Source: Dudresnaya verticillata
Taxonomy: Eukaryota
NCBI GenBank assembly: GCA_977862235.1
Contig: OZ374557.1
Coordinates: forward strand, 3,286,001 to 3,350,000
DNA length: 64,000 bases
Direction: 5' to 3'
In this document: positions 1-13,500 of the stretch, one piece after another
Layout of the letters: every line of letters starts with the position of its first letter
How positions within the stretch are numbered: the stretch's first letter is position 1
Translations under genes and position numbers: made by a program
The notes under the pieces: generated by a model
Databases searched by the model: none
What the model was told of the DNA's origin: nothing
Seen by the model: only the letters and a program-made list of their open reading frames with translations

Positions 1-1807
1 GAGAAATGTGTCGAACACGTCGGTAATATAATACAGTCACAAGCGGAGCACACTTTGCCAAGTAGCTCCCACGCTTGGAGTAATGAAACTCTCAGGTGAT
101 GATGGGATCACCTGGACTGAAGAAGAAAAGTTGAAACTTGAAGTTGAAAAGTTGATTCTTGATAGTTGAACGTCTTTTTGACGCGGGATGTTCTGGCACC
201 AGGTTCTACCTAGTCACCCCTAGGAGTCGGACTCCTGGCCCCCGGATATGATTCTCCGGGTGAAATGCGTCTTTCAGCAGCCCTTTCGTGTCGTGCGCAC
301 ACAGACACGAAGTATGCAATCCTTACGAGACGTCCACCTTATGGGTACTAATTCAAAACGAGTGTTCACCACACGAACAGGTCCAGTCTCTTGCAGGAAT
401 GGAACTAGGCCCAACCGTGTCAAGGTTCTGGATCTTACTGGAGGCTGCTCCCCTAGGCCAACGAGGTCCTGACTTAACGAGAGTCACCACGCACAACACT
501 CAACCTCTCAGCAAGCTCACGGACCAAGACAACAGCGGACGAGAGCCTCGAGAACTCTCTCACAAAATCAGAGACACAAGCCGACACAGTGGGATAGGGA
601 CCACTTTCAACAGACAACAAGCAGACAGGACAGGACACAAGCCGACAGGACAGGACACAAGCAGACAGGACAGGGCAGGACGGGACAGGACAGTATCAAG
701 AATGAAAAGAAAAAGGAAGAAGGTTGCAGCGAAGCGATGAAGTCTGCGTAGGTCGACCTTCTGGGCCCATAACCTGAAAAGGAATATGGAGAGGTTGAAG
801 TTGAACAAGATGAGAAATGGAAGTCGCTTGACTTCGTTTACTGCAGTCGACCATCCGACATGGCTTATATCAGCTTTTCGGATGAGTTGCTGCGTGAACA
901 CAAACAAAACAAATCATTAAAGAAACGCCCAAAATCCCTATCATCAAATGGGCGGGAAAAAGTAAAGCAATTAAATCTACCAAATCATGCTCTCAGCACA
1001 CTCACATCCGCCACCAAAATGGGCGGGAACTTGCACACCAGTGTTGCTAACTGCTGACATCAGCAATCCCTCTTGCGACTGCATTTCCTGCCATCCATAT
1101 GTACTCCAACTTTGGGCGGGAACGTGAAAGTATCGAGTGTCCCCGCATGGCTGCTGTCGGACAACACTGCACACCACGTGGCCGCACTTACCAGCTCAAG
1201 TCCGTCCATGAATATCCAACTTGGATCATTGACCACGTAATCACCCAGATTTGCCTACGTGGCAGCTGTAAACCAACATATCGGCCGCACGACAGCTACG
1301 TGATAACTGTGAACCAACGTGTCGGCCGCACGACAGCTACGTGCCAACTGTAAACCAACGTGTCGGCCGCACAACAACTGCATCTGCTGATATCACAAGT
1401 CAGGCTCCACGTAGCGCAAGTCCCTGCAGTACCAACTCGGACGCCATCAGCACATTGCATGGCAGGTTCATGTGTACTTGTGGAGTACAGTGCGAGTCAT
1501 ACCAACACCATTCCATGCCATACCACGTGCATCCATGTGGTCCAATCAGATCGTTCCACTTGGCCGTTCCTGTTATAACCGCCAATTCCAGCACAACACT
1601 TGTAAGCCATATAGACCATGGAGGCGGTTTGTAACAACCAATCAGAAGCCCGTTTCACGTTGCTTTTGCAAAAGGCCTAAATGCGCCGTGATTTTGGAAG
1701 CCCGGAAAAAGGGCTGTCGTCTCCGGAAGGTTTGGTGACAGCGTGCCAGGGTGCCATCTGGGGTGCCTGACCCGTGACGTGAGGCGCCAGCGACCATGTC
1801 CTCAACA
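1..1807 (-). mobile_element. Copia copy A (5' leader + PBS + 5' LTR 775-1807; remainder off the left edge), inserted in RT of copy H
   Basis: Reverse-complement LTR (TGAAAAGG at 775 to CCTCAACA at 1807, 1033 bp); PBS at 761-774; right flank AGCCC resumes minus-strand RT sequence. Confidence 0.92.
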
Positions 1808-2299
1808 AGCCCCAAGTACAGAAGTGACCCGATCATCTGCTGGTACGTCTCAACCGACACGACGGCCTTGTCCTCTTCGGCGGCAAGTCCAGTGAAGAAA
1901 GACTCAACCATCGGCGTACAAGCCGGCTTAGAGTTCTGAAGTCCAAATCGACGAAGAACACTTTCCGTGTAGACCTGTTGAGTCATCTTGAGGGACACAA
2001 ATCTGCCATCAGAGTCTAGCTTCCATCCAAGCTCGACTCCGAGGAAGAGGTCAACCCCTTCAGACAGCCGTAGATCGTAGAGGCCCTGCAGTTCCTTAAC
2101 AATGGCGTCTCTCTCCGCCTTTGTGGGTGCGAGGATGAGCAAGTCATCAACGTACACCAAGATGTATGCGTATCCAGAAGACTTGGATTTGCGACGAAAC
2201 ACGCAAGGTGCACTTGGCAATTCCTCAAACATCATCCTAGCAAGGTCACCACACAGCTTGGTGTGCCAAGCTCGGTGAGCCTGTTTTAGCCCATACATA

Positions 2300-3373
2300 T
2301 GTTGAGGACATGGTCGCTGGCGCCTCACGTCACGGGTCAGGCACCCCAGATGGCACCCTGGCACGCTGTCACCAAACCTTCCGGAGACGACAGCCCTTTT
2401 TCCGGGCTTCCAAAATCACGGCGCATTTAGGCCTTTTGCAAAAGCAACGTGAAACGGGCTTCTGATTGGTTGTTACAAACCGCCTCCATGGTCTATATGG
2501 CTTACAAGTGTTGTGCTGGAATTGGCGGTTATAACAGGAACGGCCAAGTGGAACGATCTGATTGGACCACATGGATGCACGTGGTATGGCATGGAATGGT
2601 GTTGGTATGACTCGCACTGTACTCCACAAGTACACATGAACGTGCCATGCAGTGTGCTGATGGCGTCCGAGTTGGTACTGCAGGGACTTGCGCTACGTGG
2701 AGCCTGACTTGTGATATCAGCAGATGCAGTTGTTGTGCGGCCGACACGTTGGTTTACAGTTGGCACGTAGCTGTTGTGCGGCCGACACGTTGGTTTACAG
2801 TTGGCACGTAGCTGTCGTGCGGCCGACACGTTGGTTTACAGTTATCACGTAGCTGTCGTGCGGCCGATACGTTGGTTTACAGCTGCCACGTAGGCAAATC
2901 TGGGTGATTACGTGGTCAATGATCCAAGTTGGATATTCATGGACGGACTTGAGCTGGTAAGTGCGGCCACGTGGTGTGCAGTGTTGTCCGACAGCAGCCA
3001 TGCGGGGACACTCGATACTTTCACGTTCCCGCCCAAAGTTGGAGTCCATATGGATGGCAGGAAATGCGGTCGCAAGAGGGATTGCTGATGTCAGCAGTTA
3101 GCAACACTGGTGTGCAAGTTACCGCCCATTTTGGTGGCGGATGTGAGTGTGCTGAGAGCATGATTTGGTAGATTTAATTGCTTTACTTTTTCCCGCCCAT
3201 TTGATGATAGGGATTTTGGGCGTTTCTTTAATGATTTGTTTTGTTTGTGTTCACGCAGCAACTCATCCGAAAAGCTGATATAAGCCATGTCGGATGGTCG
3301 ACTGCAGTAAACGAAGTCAAGCGACTTCCATTTCTCATCTTGTTCAACTCCAACCTCTCCATATTCCTTTTCA
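2300..3373 (+). repeat. Representative LTR (1074-bp class). 18 near-complete LTRs: 775-1807, 2300-3373, 7600-8673, 13927-15000, 16028-17060, 18872-19904, 22021-23053, 25527-26518, 28572-29606, 31228-32260, 37678-38710, 39982-41055, 41056-42018, 43208-44281, 44507-45498, 46163-47154, 52408-53399, 57630-58703
   Basis: TG...CA termini (TGTTGAGGACATGG / CCATATTCCTTTTCA); internal sides adjoin a PBS or PPT; near-identical copies on both strands. Confidence 0.96.
2731..2893 (+). repeat. 41-bp tandem repeat within the LTR (2-4 copies depending on LTR)
   Basis: Unit TGTYGTGCGGCCGACACGTTGGTTTACAGTTGGCACGTAGC at 2731, 2772, 2813, 2854; accounts for LTR lengths 992/1033/1074. Confidence 0.93.
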
Positions 3374-3387
3374 GGTTATGGGCCCAG
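3374..3387 (+). promoter_or_regulatory. Primer binding site complementary to the anticodon stem-loop of initiator tRNA-Met (half-tRNA priming); also at 761-774, 13913-13926, 19905-19918, 25513-25526, 32425-32438, 39968-39981, 44282-44295, 52394-52407, 57616-57629
   Basis: GGTTATGGGCCCAG directly after the LTR terminal CA; reverse complement CTGGGCCCATAACC contains the CAT anticodon loop of tRNAiMet. Confidence 0.9.
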
Positions 3388-3473
3388 AAGGTCGACCTAC
3401 GCAGACTTCATCGCTTCGCTGCAACCTTCTTCCTTTTTCTTTTCATTCTTGATACTGTCCGGTCCCGTCCTGG

Positions 3474-3535
3474 CCTGTCCTGTCTGCTTGTGTCCTGTCC
3501 TGTCGGCTTGTGTCCTGTCCTGTCTGCTTGTTGTC
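3474..3535 (+). repeat. Pyrimidine-rich ~20-bp tandem repeat in the 5' leader (present in every leader)
   Basis: CTTGTGTCCTGTCCTGTC(T/G)G repeated about 3 times, built from TCCTG units. Confidence 0.8.
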
Positions 3536-4309
3536 TGTTGAAAGTGGTCCCTATCCCACTGTGTCGGCTTGTGTCTCTGATTTTGTGAGAGAGTTCTCGA
3601 GGCTCTCGTCCGCTGTTGTCTTGGTCCGTGAGCTTGCTGAGAGGTTGAGTGTTGTGCGTGGTGACTCTCGTTAAGTCAGGACCTCGTTGGCCTAGGGGAG
3701 CAGCCTCCAGTAAGATCCAGAACCTTGACACGGTTGGGCCTAGTTCCATTCCTGCAAGAGACTGGACCTGTTCGTGTGGTGAACACTCGTTTTGAGTTAG
3801 TACCCATAAGGTGGACGTCTCGTAAGGATTGCATACTTCGTGTCTGTGTGCGCACGACACGAAAGGGCTGCTGAAAGACGCATTTCACCCGGAGAATCAT
3901 ATCCGGGGGCCAGGAGTCCGACTCCTAGGGGTGACTAGGTAGAACCTGGTGCCAGAACATCCCGCGTCAAAAAGACGTTCAACTATCAAGAATCAACTTT
4001 TCAACTTCAAGTTTCAACTTTTCTTCTTCAGTCCAGGTGATCCCATCATCACCTGAGAGTTTCATTACTCCAAGCGTGGGAGCTACTTGGCAAAGTGTGC
4101 TCCGCTTGTGACTGTATTATATTACCGACGTGTTCGACACATTTCTCAGTTTCGTCGTCACGTCTTCGTTGTGTGAGCTGCACTGCTCTGCTTAACACGA
4201 CTATTACCCTCTGGGCATCGACACTGTTGCACTAACAGCACTGCCCCAAGTTTACCAAGTTTTCTAAAACTATTCAAGTTATCTCTTCTCACCACCAGTC
4301 GCAACAGCG

Positions 4310-7300
4310 ATGACTGATACCGAAGCCGAGATGGATACTTCGAGCGGGGTCAAGATACCCCGTTTCCACGGCAGGAGAGATGACGACTACAGTCTCTGGC
4401 GTCATCGCCTTCGTGCCGCATGCCGCATCAAAGGGGTTTGGAATGTTGTCCACACCTCAAACGACACACCGAGCAGCTCACAGTCAACTGGAGAGGCCTC
4501 AGCGGATACTTCCATTCTTCACGCCAGAACCTTGGCCAAACGTGAGAAGGCTTGCGGGATCATTATCTCCGCACTTGGTGATGCTCCGCTTCGTGTCGTT
4601 ATGGAGGTTGATGATGACCCCAAACGCATGCTGGAGCTATTGGACTCGCGCTATGCGTCCAGTCGAACCGTATCCCGTATCGCCGTACAGACCAAGCTAT
4701 TCCGTATGACGTACACCGGTCAGAATATGTCCAACTATGTCGACCAGTACACGTCACTGTTCGCCCAACTCGACCGCATGGGCAACGACTCGGCGATACC
4801 GGAGACACATAAGGCACCTATGCTGCTTGCTTCCATTGATCCGTCCTGCCACCTGGAGCCAACAGCTGCAGCTCTCCGCACCAAAGATGCTGCTGAGCTG
4901 ACTTGGGACTACGTCGCAACCACGCTGATCGATGAGTACAACGCCAAAGATTCTCATGGATCAAACACAGGTGGGAGATCCAGTAAGTCGAAGAGTCGTC
5001 GGAAGAAGAAAAAGAAGTCCGCGTCATCAGGTTCTCGCCAGCAACACAACCCGCTGGATGACAACGACGACTCCGATGACTCTTCTGATATTGAATCCAC
5101 CGTCCGTGCGTTGGCGGTTGCACTCAAGTCCGCCAAGCAGGCTCACTCCACCCCGAACCGGCACCTTCACTGTGATGTTTGCGACAAGGATGGACACACC
5201 GCGGATCGATGCTATCTCAATCCGGAAAATCCTAACAACAAGCTTCCTCCAAAGGTGCGACAGATGTTCACCAACCAGGGCAAAAAGGGCAACGCCAACT
5301 CGGCGGTAGCTGCATCTGGTAAGAATAATGGTAAATCTGCAAAGGTAGAAATCGCCGGTGCATCGGTTGAGATGACTACTGTTGTTCCTCCGAACGACCA
5401 AGGAACGTATGCCGACAGTGGAGCAACTGTGCATTGCTTCCACTCAATGACTTCTTTTGTACCGAGCTCAGTATCGCGCTGCGAAAAGCGTACTGTAGTG
5501 CTTGCGGACAAGTCGTCTGTCACCTCGGACCTATGTGGAGATGTGATTCTGCCGTTTGAGCATGCCAATATTCGGCTCAAGAAGGCCCTCTTCATCCCGC
5601 AGATGGGATACAATCTTGTCTCTACTGGGCGTTTGGCAGATAAAGGAATTGAATCCCACTTTCGCCGCTTGGACGTGCGCTTGGTACTCGACTCTGATGG
5701 GTACTATATTGGATCCGGTGTTCGCGATGCGAGTTCTGGAATGTACATGCTACCAGAACCCGAGCCGCACACTTCGGAGGAGCAAGTACTGGCTGTCCCC
5801 AGCACGCAGCAAACTACTGAGCTCTGGCATCGACGTCTTGCCCACATTAATTTTCGGGACTTGGCCAAAGTGCACGAGCATGTTGAGGGTGTTCCGGAGT
5901 TGGGCTCGACTCATGAAGTGTGTCGGGCTTGTAGACTTGGGAAAGCACACAAACAATCATTCCCAGGGCACTTCCGCCCGGCCAAAGCTGTCGGTGATCT
6001 CGTGCATTCCGACATTGTTGGTCCAATCCAGATCTCCTTTCCCGATCGTTTCCGGTATGCCACGACGTTTCTGGATGATAAATCCCGTTTCTTGGTCGTC
6101 GCATGTATGAGAAGTCGCCGTATGTTGAGTGCAGCATTTGATCAAGCTTCAGCAAAGTTTATCGAGCTTGGAGGAGCGGAAATAACAAAACTCCACTCAG
6201 ACGGGGCTCAGGAGTATTTGGCTTTGCAGAAAGATTTGGGAGGAGTTGGAGACAGTGGCAAATCCTTCTCCCCACCTTATACTCCGGAGCTCAATGGAAT
6301 CGCGGAAAGGGTGAACCGAACCATGGTGGAAGCTGCCCTGACTTTGCTGATCCAGGCTGATCTACCGGGATGTTTGTGGCCGTTTGCACTGAAGCATGTC
6401 AACTACGTGCGCAATCGGGTACCACACTCAACCGTTGGGGCTACGCCATACTCGGTCATGACAGGTGATGTTCCTGATTTAAAACATTTAAGAGTGTTTG
6501 GATGTGCTGCATATGTCCTAAGGCTCCCACGCGGATCCAAGTTCGAGTCTCGTGCACTTGAGGGGGTGCACTTGGAGACTCTAGAGCATGGGATCTACAG
6601 GGTATTGGTCACTGGCGGTGACGGTATACCTCGTGTGGTTGAGTCGCGGCATGTCACATTCGACGAGTCCAAATTCCCGGGTGCTCCAAGCCTGTTGGAA
6701 TATGGGCAGGACGAGGCAGATTCGGATGAAGATTACGAGTCTAACTCAGAGGCCTCTATTTGCAACTCGGACTCTGATGACGATGTATCGCTGGGTAACT
6801 TTGAGGATGAAGAGGATGCAATTGAAGTTGACACACCTTCTTCACCTCCACTACCTCCATCAGAACCCAGCTCATTCGAATCTGATGACACGGCTGAGGA
6901 AGAAAACGTCTCTGACAATCCTCCGGCTGGTGTGAGTTCAGACCCAGAACGCCACCAACAGAGTCGATATCCTCGTCGCCAACGTCGCCAGACGTCGAAA
7001 TGGTTTATGGCAAGCTCTGCACAAGCTGAACAACAGGTTGCCCTCACAACTGGAGATGAGCCCACTCTTCGAGAGGCCATGTCTGCCACTCCGGAGGAGC
7101 GCGGGTTGTGGCAATCTGCCATTGATGATGAGTTCGCATCCTTGGAATCCAAAGGCACTTGGGTCCGTGATGACAGTCCCGGTGCACAGCCGCTTCCAAC
7201 GCACGCCGTGCTGAAAGTTAAACGCAAGTCCGACGGGACCGTCGAGCGCTTCAAAGCGCGGGTCGTCGCTGGTGGAAACTTCCAGACGTATGGTGAAGAC

Positions 7301-7599
7301 TACATGGAAACATACGCCCCAGTTGTGTCGTTCTCGCTGGTGCGCATGTTCCTATACTTGGTACTGTGTTTGAACCTGTTTGTTGCACAGCTAGACGTGA
7401 AGACGGCTTTCCTGAATGGTGATCTGGCAGAACACGTGTGGGTAATGTCACCGCGTGGGATTCCTGGAAGGGAATCTCTCTGTTACAAACTTCTGAAAGC
7501 TATGTATGGGCTAAAACAGGCTCACCTAGCTTGGCACACCAAGCTGTGTGGTGACCTTGCTAGGATGATGTTTGAGGAATTGCCAAGTGCACCTTGCGT
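4310..7599 (+). pseudogene. Gag-Pol of copy B, 5' part (Gag, PR, IN, N-terminal RT), interrupted by C
   Basis: Matches the 1440-aa protein up to ...PSAPC, then reads into an inverted LTR. Confidence 0.92.
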
Positions 7600-10500
7600 T
7601 GAAAAGGAATATGGAGAGGTTGGAGTTGAACAAGATGAGAAATGGAAGTCGCTTGACTTCGTTTACTGCAGTCGACCATCCGACATGGCTTATATCAGCT
7701 TTTCGGATGAGTTGCTGCGTGAACACAAACAAAACAAATCATTAAAGAAACGCCCAAAATCCCTATCATCAAATGGGCGGGAAAAAGTAAAGCAATTAAA
7801 TCTACCAAATCATGCTCTCAGCACACTCACATCCGCCACCAAAATGGGCGGGAACTTGCACACCAGTGTTGCTAACTGCTGACATCAGCAATCCCTCTTG
7901 CGACCGCATTTCCTGCCATCCATATGGACTCCAACTTTGGGCGGGAACGTGAAAGTATCGAGTGTCCCCGCATGGCTGCTGTCGGACAACACTGCACACC
8001 ACGTGGCCGCACTTACCAGCTCAAGTCCGTCCATGAATATCCAACTTGGATCATTGACCACGTAATCACCCAGATTTGCCTACGTGGCAGCTGTAAACCA
8101 ACGTATCGGCCGCACGACAGCTACGTGATAACTGTAAACCAACGTGTCGGCCGCACGACAGCTACGTGCCAACTGTAAACCAACGTGTCGGCCGCACAAC
8201 AGCTACGTGCCAACTGTAAACCAACGTGTCGGCCGCACAACAACTGCATCTGCTGATATCACAAGTCAGGCTCCACGTAGCGCAAGTCCCTGCAGTACCA
8301 ACTCGGACGCCATCAGCACACTGCATGGCACGTTCATGTGTACTTGTGGAGTACAGTGCGAGTCATACCAACACCATTCCATGCCATACCACGTGCATCC
8401 ATGTGGTCCAATCAGATCGTTCCACTTGGCCGTTCCTGTTATAACCGCCAATTCCAGCACAACACTTGTAAGCCATATAGACCATGGAGGCGGTTTGTAA
8501 CAACCAATCAGAAGCCCGTTTCACGTTGCTTTTGCAAAAGGCCTAAATGCGCCGTGATTTTGGAAGCCCGGAAAAAGGGCTGTCGTCTCCGGAAGGTTTG
8601 GTGACAGCGTGCCAGGGTGCCATCTGGGGTGCCTGACCCGTGACGTGAGGCGCCAGCGACCATGTCCTCAACACTCCTCCTCGATGGCTCCTCCAAGTCC
8701 AACCCTTGGTAGAATCCTATTGAGCAAAGTGGGCCCGAGTGGCTTTGTCAGCAAGTCCGCGTCGTTGTCTTCTGACGGCACATACACCACTTCCAGAACA
8801 GAGTCGGCGACAAGTTCGCGAATGAAGTGAACACGAACGTCGATATGCTTGGCACGACCAGACGGACAGCGTTCTCCAGTAGCCCAATTGATGGCAGACT
8901 GGTTGTCTGATCTCAATGGAACGGGGCCTTCGACGTTCAAGTCGGCCTCCTTCAGCACTCGCGTGACCCAAACCGTCTCTTTCGCAGCCAGAGTCATTGC
9001 ATAGTACTCCGACTCGCAAGTTGAGAGAGCAACAGTTGACTGCTTCTTGGATCCCCAAATACACACTGCATCTCCCAGTTTCACCATGTAACCAGACATA
9101 GATTTTCGGTCTGTGGTGTCACCGGCATAGTCAGCGTCCACATAAGCTTGGATACGAGTGGTTCCGGACTGGTACGTAACTCCATGCTTGTGAGTGCCTC
9201 GGAGATATCGCAGAACCCTCTTTGCACCGCGGTGACAGTACGCAGTTGGAGCCTTCTGGAACCGTGCGAGAATAAGCACAGAGGCCAAAATGTCCAGCCT
9301 TGTGCGAAGCCCCAAGTACAGAAGTGACCCGATCATCTGCTGGTACGTCTCAACCGACACGACGGCCTTGTCCTCTTCGGCGGCAAGTCCAGTGAAGAAA
9401 GACTCAACCATCGGCGTACAAGCCGGCTTAGAGTTCTGAAGTCCAAATCGACGAAGAACACTTTCCGTGTAGACCTGTTGAGTCATCTTGAGGGACACAA
9501 ATCTGCCATCACAGTCTAGCTTCCATCCAAGCTCGACTCCGAGGAAGAGGTCAACCCCTTCAGACAGCCGTAGATCGTAGAGGCCCTGCAGTTCCTTAAC
9601 AATGGCGTCTCTCTCCGCCTTTGTGGGCGCGAGGATGAGCAAGTCATCAACGTACACCAAGATGTATGCGTATCCAGAAGACTTGGATTTGCGACGAAAC
9701 ACGCAAGGTGCACTTGGCAATTCCTCAAACATCATCCTAGCAAGGTCACCACACAGCTTGGTGTGCCAAGCTAGGTGAGCCTGTTTTAGCCCATACATAG
9801 CCTTCAGAAGTTTGTAACAGAGAGATTCCCTTCCAGGAATCCCACGCGGTGACATTACCCACACGTGTTCTGCCAGATCACCATTCAGGAAAGCCGTCTT
9901 CACGTCTAGCTGTGCAACAAACAGGTTCAAACACAGTACCAAGTATAGGAACATGCGCACCAGCGAGAACGACACAACTGGGGCGTATGTTTCCATGTAG
10001 TCTTCACCATACGTCTGGAAGTTTCCACCAGCGACGACCCGCGCTTTGAAGCGCTCGACGGTCCCGTCGGACTTGCGTTTAACTTTCAGCACGGCGTGCG
10101 TTGGAAGCGGCTGTGCACCGGGACTGTCATCACGGACCCAAGTGCCTTTGGATTCCAAGGATGCGAACTCATCATCAATGGCAGATTGCCACAACCCGCG
10201 CTCCTCCGGAGTGGCAGACATGGCCTCTCGAAGAGTGGGCTCATCTCCAGTTGTGAGGGCAACCTGTTGTTCAGCTTGTGCAGAGCTTGCCATAAACCAT
10301 TTCGACGTCTGGCGACGTTGGCGACGAGGATATCGACTCTGTTGGTGGCGTTCTGGGTCTGAACTCACACCAGCCGGAGGATTGTCAGAGACGTTTTCTT
10401 CCTCAGCCGTGTCATCAGATTCGAATGAGCTGGGTTCTGATGGAGGTAGTGGAGGTGAAGAAGGTGTGTCAACTTCAATTGCATCCTCTTCATCCTCAAA

Positions 10501-13500
10501 GTTACCCAGCGATACATCGTCATCAGAGTCCGAGTTGCAAATAGAGGCCTCTGAGTTAGACTCGTAATCTTCATCCGAATCTGCCTCGTCCTGCCCATAT
10601 TCCAACAGGCTTGGAGCACCCGGGAATTTGGACTCGTCGAATGTGACATGCCGCGACTCAACCACACGAGGTATACCGTCACCGCCAGTGACCAATATCC
10701 TGTAGATCCCATGCTCTAGAGTCTCCAAGTGCACCCCCTCAAGTGCACGAGACTCGAACTTGGATCCGCGTGGGAGCCTTAGGACATATGCAGCACATCC
10801 AAACACTCTTAAATGTTTTAAATCAGGAACATCACCTGTCATGACCGAGTATGGCGTAGCCCCAACGGTTGAGTGTGGTACCCGATTGCGCACGTAGTTG
10901 ACATGCTTCAGTGCAAACGGCCACAAACATCCCGGTAGATCAGCCTGGATCAGCAAAGTCAGGGCAGCTTCCACCATGGTTCGGTTCACCCTTTCCGCGA
11001 TTCCATTGAGCTCCGGAGTATAAGGTGGGGAGAAGGATTTGCCACTGTCTCCAACTCCTCCCAAATCTTTCTGCAAAGCCAAATACTCCTGAGCCCCGTC
11101 TGAGTGGAGTTTTGTTATTTCCGCTCCTCCAAGCTCGATAAACTTTGCTGAAGCTTGATCAAATGCTGCACTCAACATACGGCGACTTCTCATACATGCG
11201 ACGACCAAGAAACGGGATTTATCATCCAGAAACGTCGTGGCATGCCGGAAACGATCGGGAAAGGAGATCTGGATTGGACCAACAATGTCGGAATGCACGA
11301 GATCACCGACAGCTTTGGCCGGGCGGAAGTGCCCTGGGAATGATTGTTTGTGTGCTTTCCCAAGTCTACAAGCCCGACACACTTCATGAGTGGAGCCCAA
11401 CTCCGGAACACCCTCAACATGCTCGTGCACTTTGGCCAAGTCCCGAAAATTAATGTGGGCAAGACGTCGATGCCAGAGCTCAGTAGTTTGCTGCGTGCTG
11501 GGGACAGCCAGTACTTGCTCCTCCGAAGTGTGCGGCTCGGGTTCTGGTAGCATGTACATTCCAGAACTCGCATCGCGAACACCGGATCCAATATAGTACC
11601 CATCAGAGTCGAGTACCAAGCGCACGTCCAAGCGGCGAAAGTGGGATTCAATTCCTTTATCTGCCAAACGCCCAGTAGAGACAAGATTGTATCCCATCTG
11701 CGGGATGAAGAGGGCCTTCTTGAGCCGAATATTGGCATGCTCAAACGGCAGAATCACATCTCCACATAGGTCCGAGGTGACAGACGACTTGTCCGCAAGC
11801 ACTACAGTACGCTTTTCGCAGCGCGATACTGAGCTCGGTACAAAAGAAGTCATTGAGTGGAAGCAATGCACAGTTGCTCCACTGTCGGCATACGTTCCTT
11901 GGTCGTTCGGAGGAACAACAGTAGTCATCTCAACCGATGCACCGGCGATTTCTACCTTTGCAGATTTACCATTATTCTTACCAGATGCAGCTACCGCCGA
12001 GTTGGCGTTGCCCTTTTTGCCCTGGTTGGTGAACATCTGTCGCACCTTTGGAGGAAGCTTGTTGTTAGGATTTTCCGGATTGAGATAGCATCGATCCGCG
12101 GTGTGTCCATCCTTGTCGCAAACATCACAGTGAAGGTGCCGGTTCGGGGTGGAGTGAGCCTGCTTGGCGGACTTGAGTGCAACCGCCAACGCACGGACGG
12201 TGGATTCAATATCAGAAGAGTCATCGGAGTCGTCGTTGTCATCCAGCGGGTTGTGTTGCTGGCGAGAACCTGACGACGCGGACTTCTTTTTCTTCTTCCG
12301 ACGACTCTTCGACTTACTGGATCTCCCACCTGTGTTTGATCCATGAGAATCTTTGGCGTTGTACTCATCGATCAGCGTGGTTGCGACGTAGTCCCAAGTC
12401 AGCTCAGCAGCATCTTTGGTGCGAAGAGCTGCAGCTGTTGACTCCAGGTGGCAGGACGGATCAATGGAAGCAAGCAGCATAGGTGCCTTATGTGTCTCCG
12501 GTATCGCCGAGTCGTTGCCCATGCGGTCGAGTTGGGCGAACAGTGACGTGTACTGGTCGACATAGTTGGACATATTCTGACCGGTGTACGTCATACGGAA
12601 TAGCTTGGTCTGTACGGCGATACGGGATACGGTTCGACTGGACGCATAGCGCGAGTCCAATAGCTCCAGCATGCGTTTGGGGTCATCATCAACCTCCATA
12701 ACGACACGAAGCGGAGCATCACCAAGTGCGGAGATAATGATCCCGCAAGCCTTCTCACGTTTGGCCAAGGTTCTGGCGTGAAGAATGGAAGTATCCGCTG
12801 AGGCCTCTCCAGTTGACTGTGAGCTGCTCGGTGTGTCGTTTGAGGTGTGGACAACATTCCAAACCCCTTTGATGCGGCATGCGGCACGAAGGCGATGACG
12901 CCAGAGACTGTAGTCGTCATCTCTCCTGCCGTGGAAACGGGGTATCTTGACCCCGCTCGAAGTATCCATCTCGGCTTCGGTATCAGTCATCGCTGTTGCG
13001 ACTGGTGGTGAGAAGAGATAACTTGAATAGTTTTAGAAAACTTGGTAAACTTGGGGCAGTGCTGTTAGTGCAACAGTGTCGATGCCCAGAGGGTAATAGT
13101 CGTGTTAAGCAGAGCAGTGCAGCTCACACAACGAAGACGTGACGACGAAACTGAGAAATGTGTCGAACACGTCGGTAATATAATACAGTCACAAGCGGAG
13201 CACACTTTGCCAAGTAGCTCCCACGCTTGGAGTAATGAAACTCTCAGGTGATGATGGGATCACCTGGACTGAAGAAGAAAAGTTGAAACTTGAAGTTGAA
13301 AAGTTGATTCTTGATAGTTGAACGTCTTTTTGACGCGGGATGTTCTGGCACCAGGTTCTACCTAGTCACCCCTAGGAGTCGGACTCCTGGCCCCCGGATA
13401 TGATTCTCCGGGTGAAATGCGTCTTTCAGCAGCCCTTTCGTGTCGTGCGCACACAGACACGAAGTATGCAATCCTTACGAGACGTCCACCTTATGGGTAC

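Noticed and set aside
288..740. Recurrent 150-aa antisense ORF in the leader ending in KRKRKK
   Set aside because: Non-ATG start, partly made of the leader tandem repeat, no recognisable domain; recurrence only reflects near-identical copies.
761..774. tRNA-Met gene
   Set aside because: Only a 14-nt anticodon-arm match plus a short separate box; it is a primer binding site and cannot form a cloverleaf.
860..1738. Many short ORFs inside the LTRs (MAYISF..., MYSNFG..., MYLWST...)
   Set aside because: Frames change with 41-bp unit number and a 4-bp indel; no coding signature.
2731..2893. 41-bp repeats as a CRISPR array
   Set aside because: Head-to-tail units without unique spacers, no cas genes, eukaryotic LTR context.
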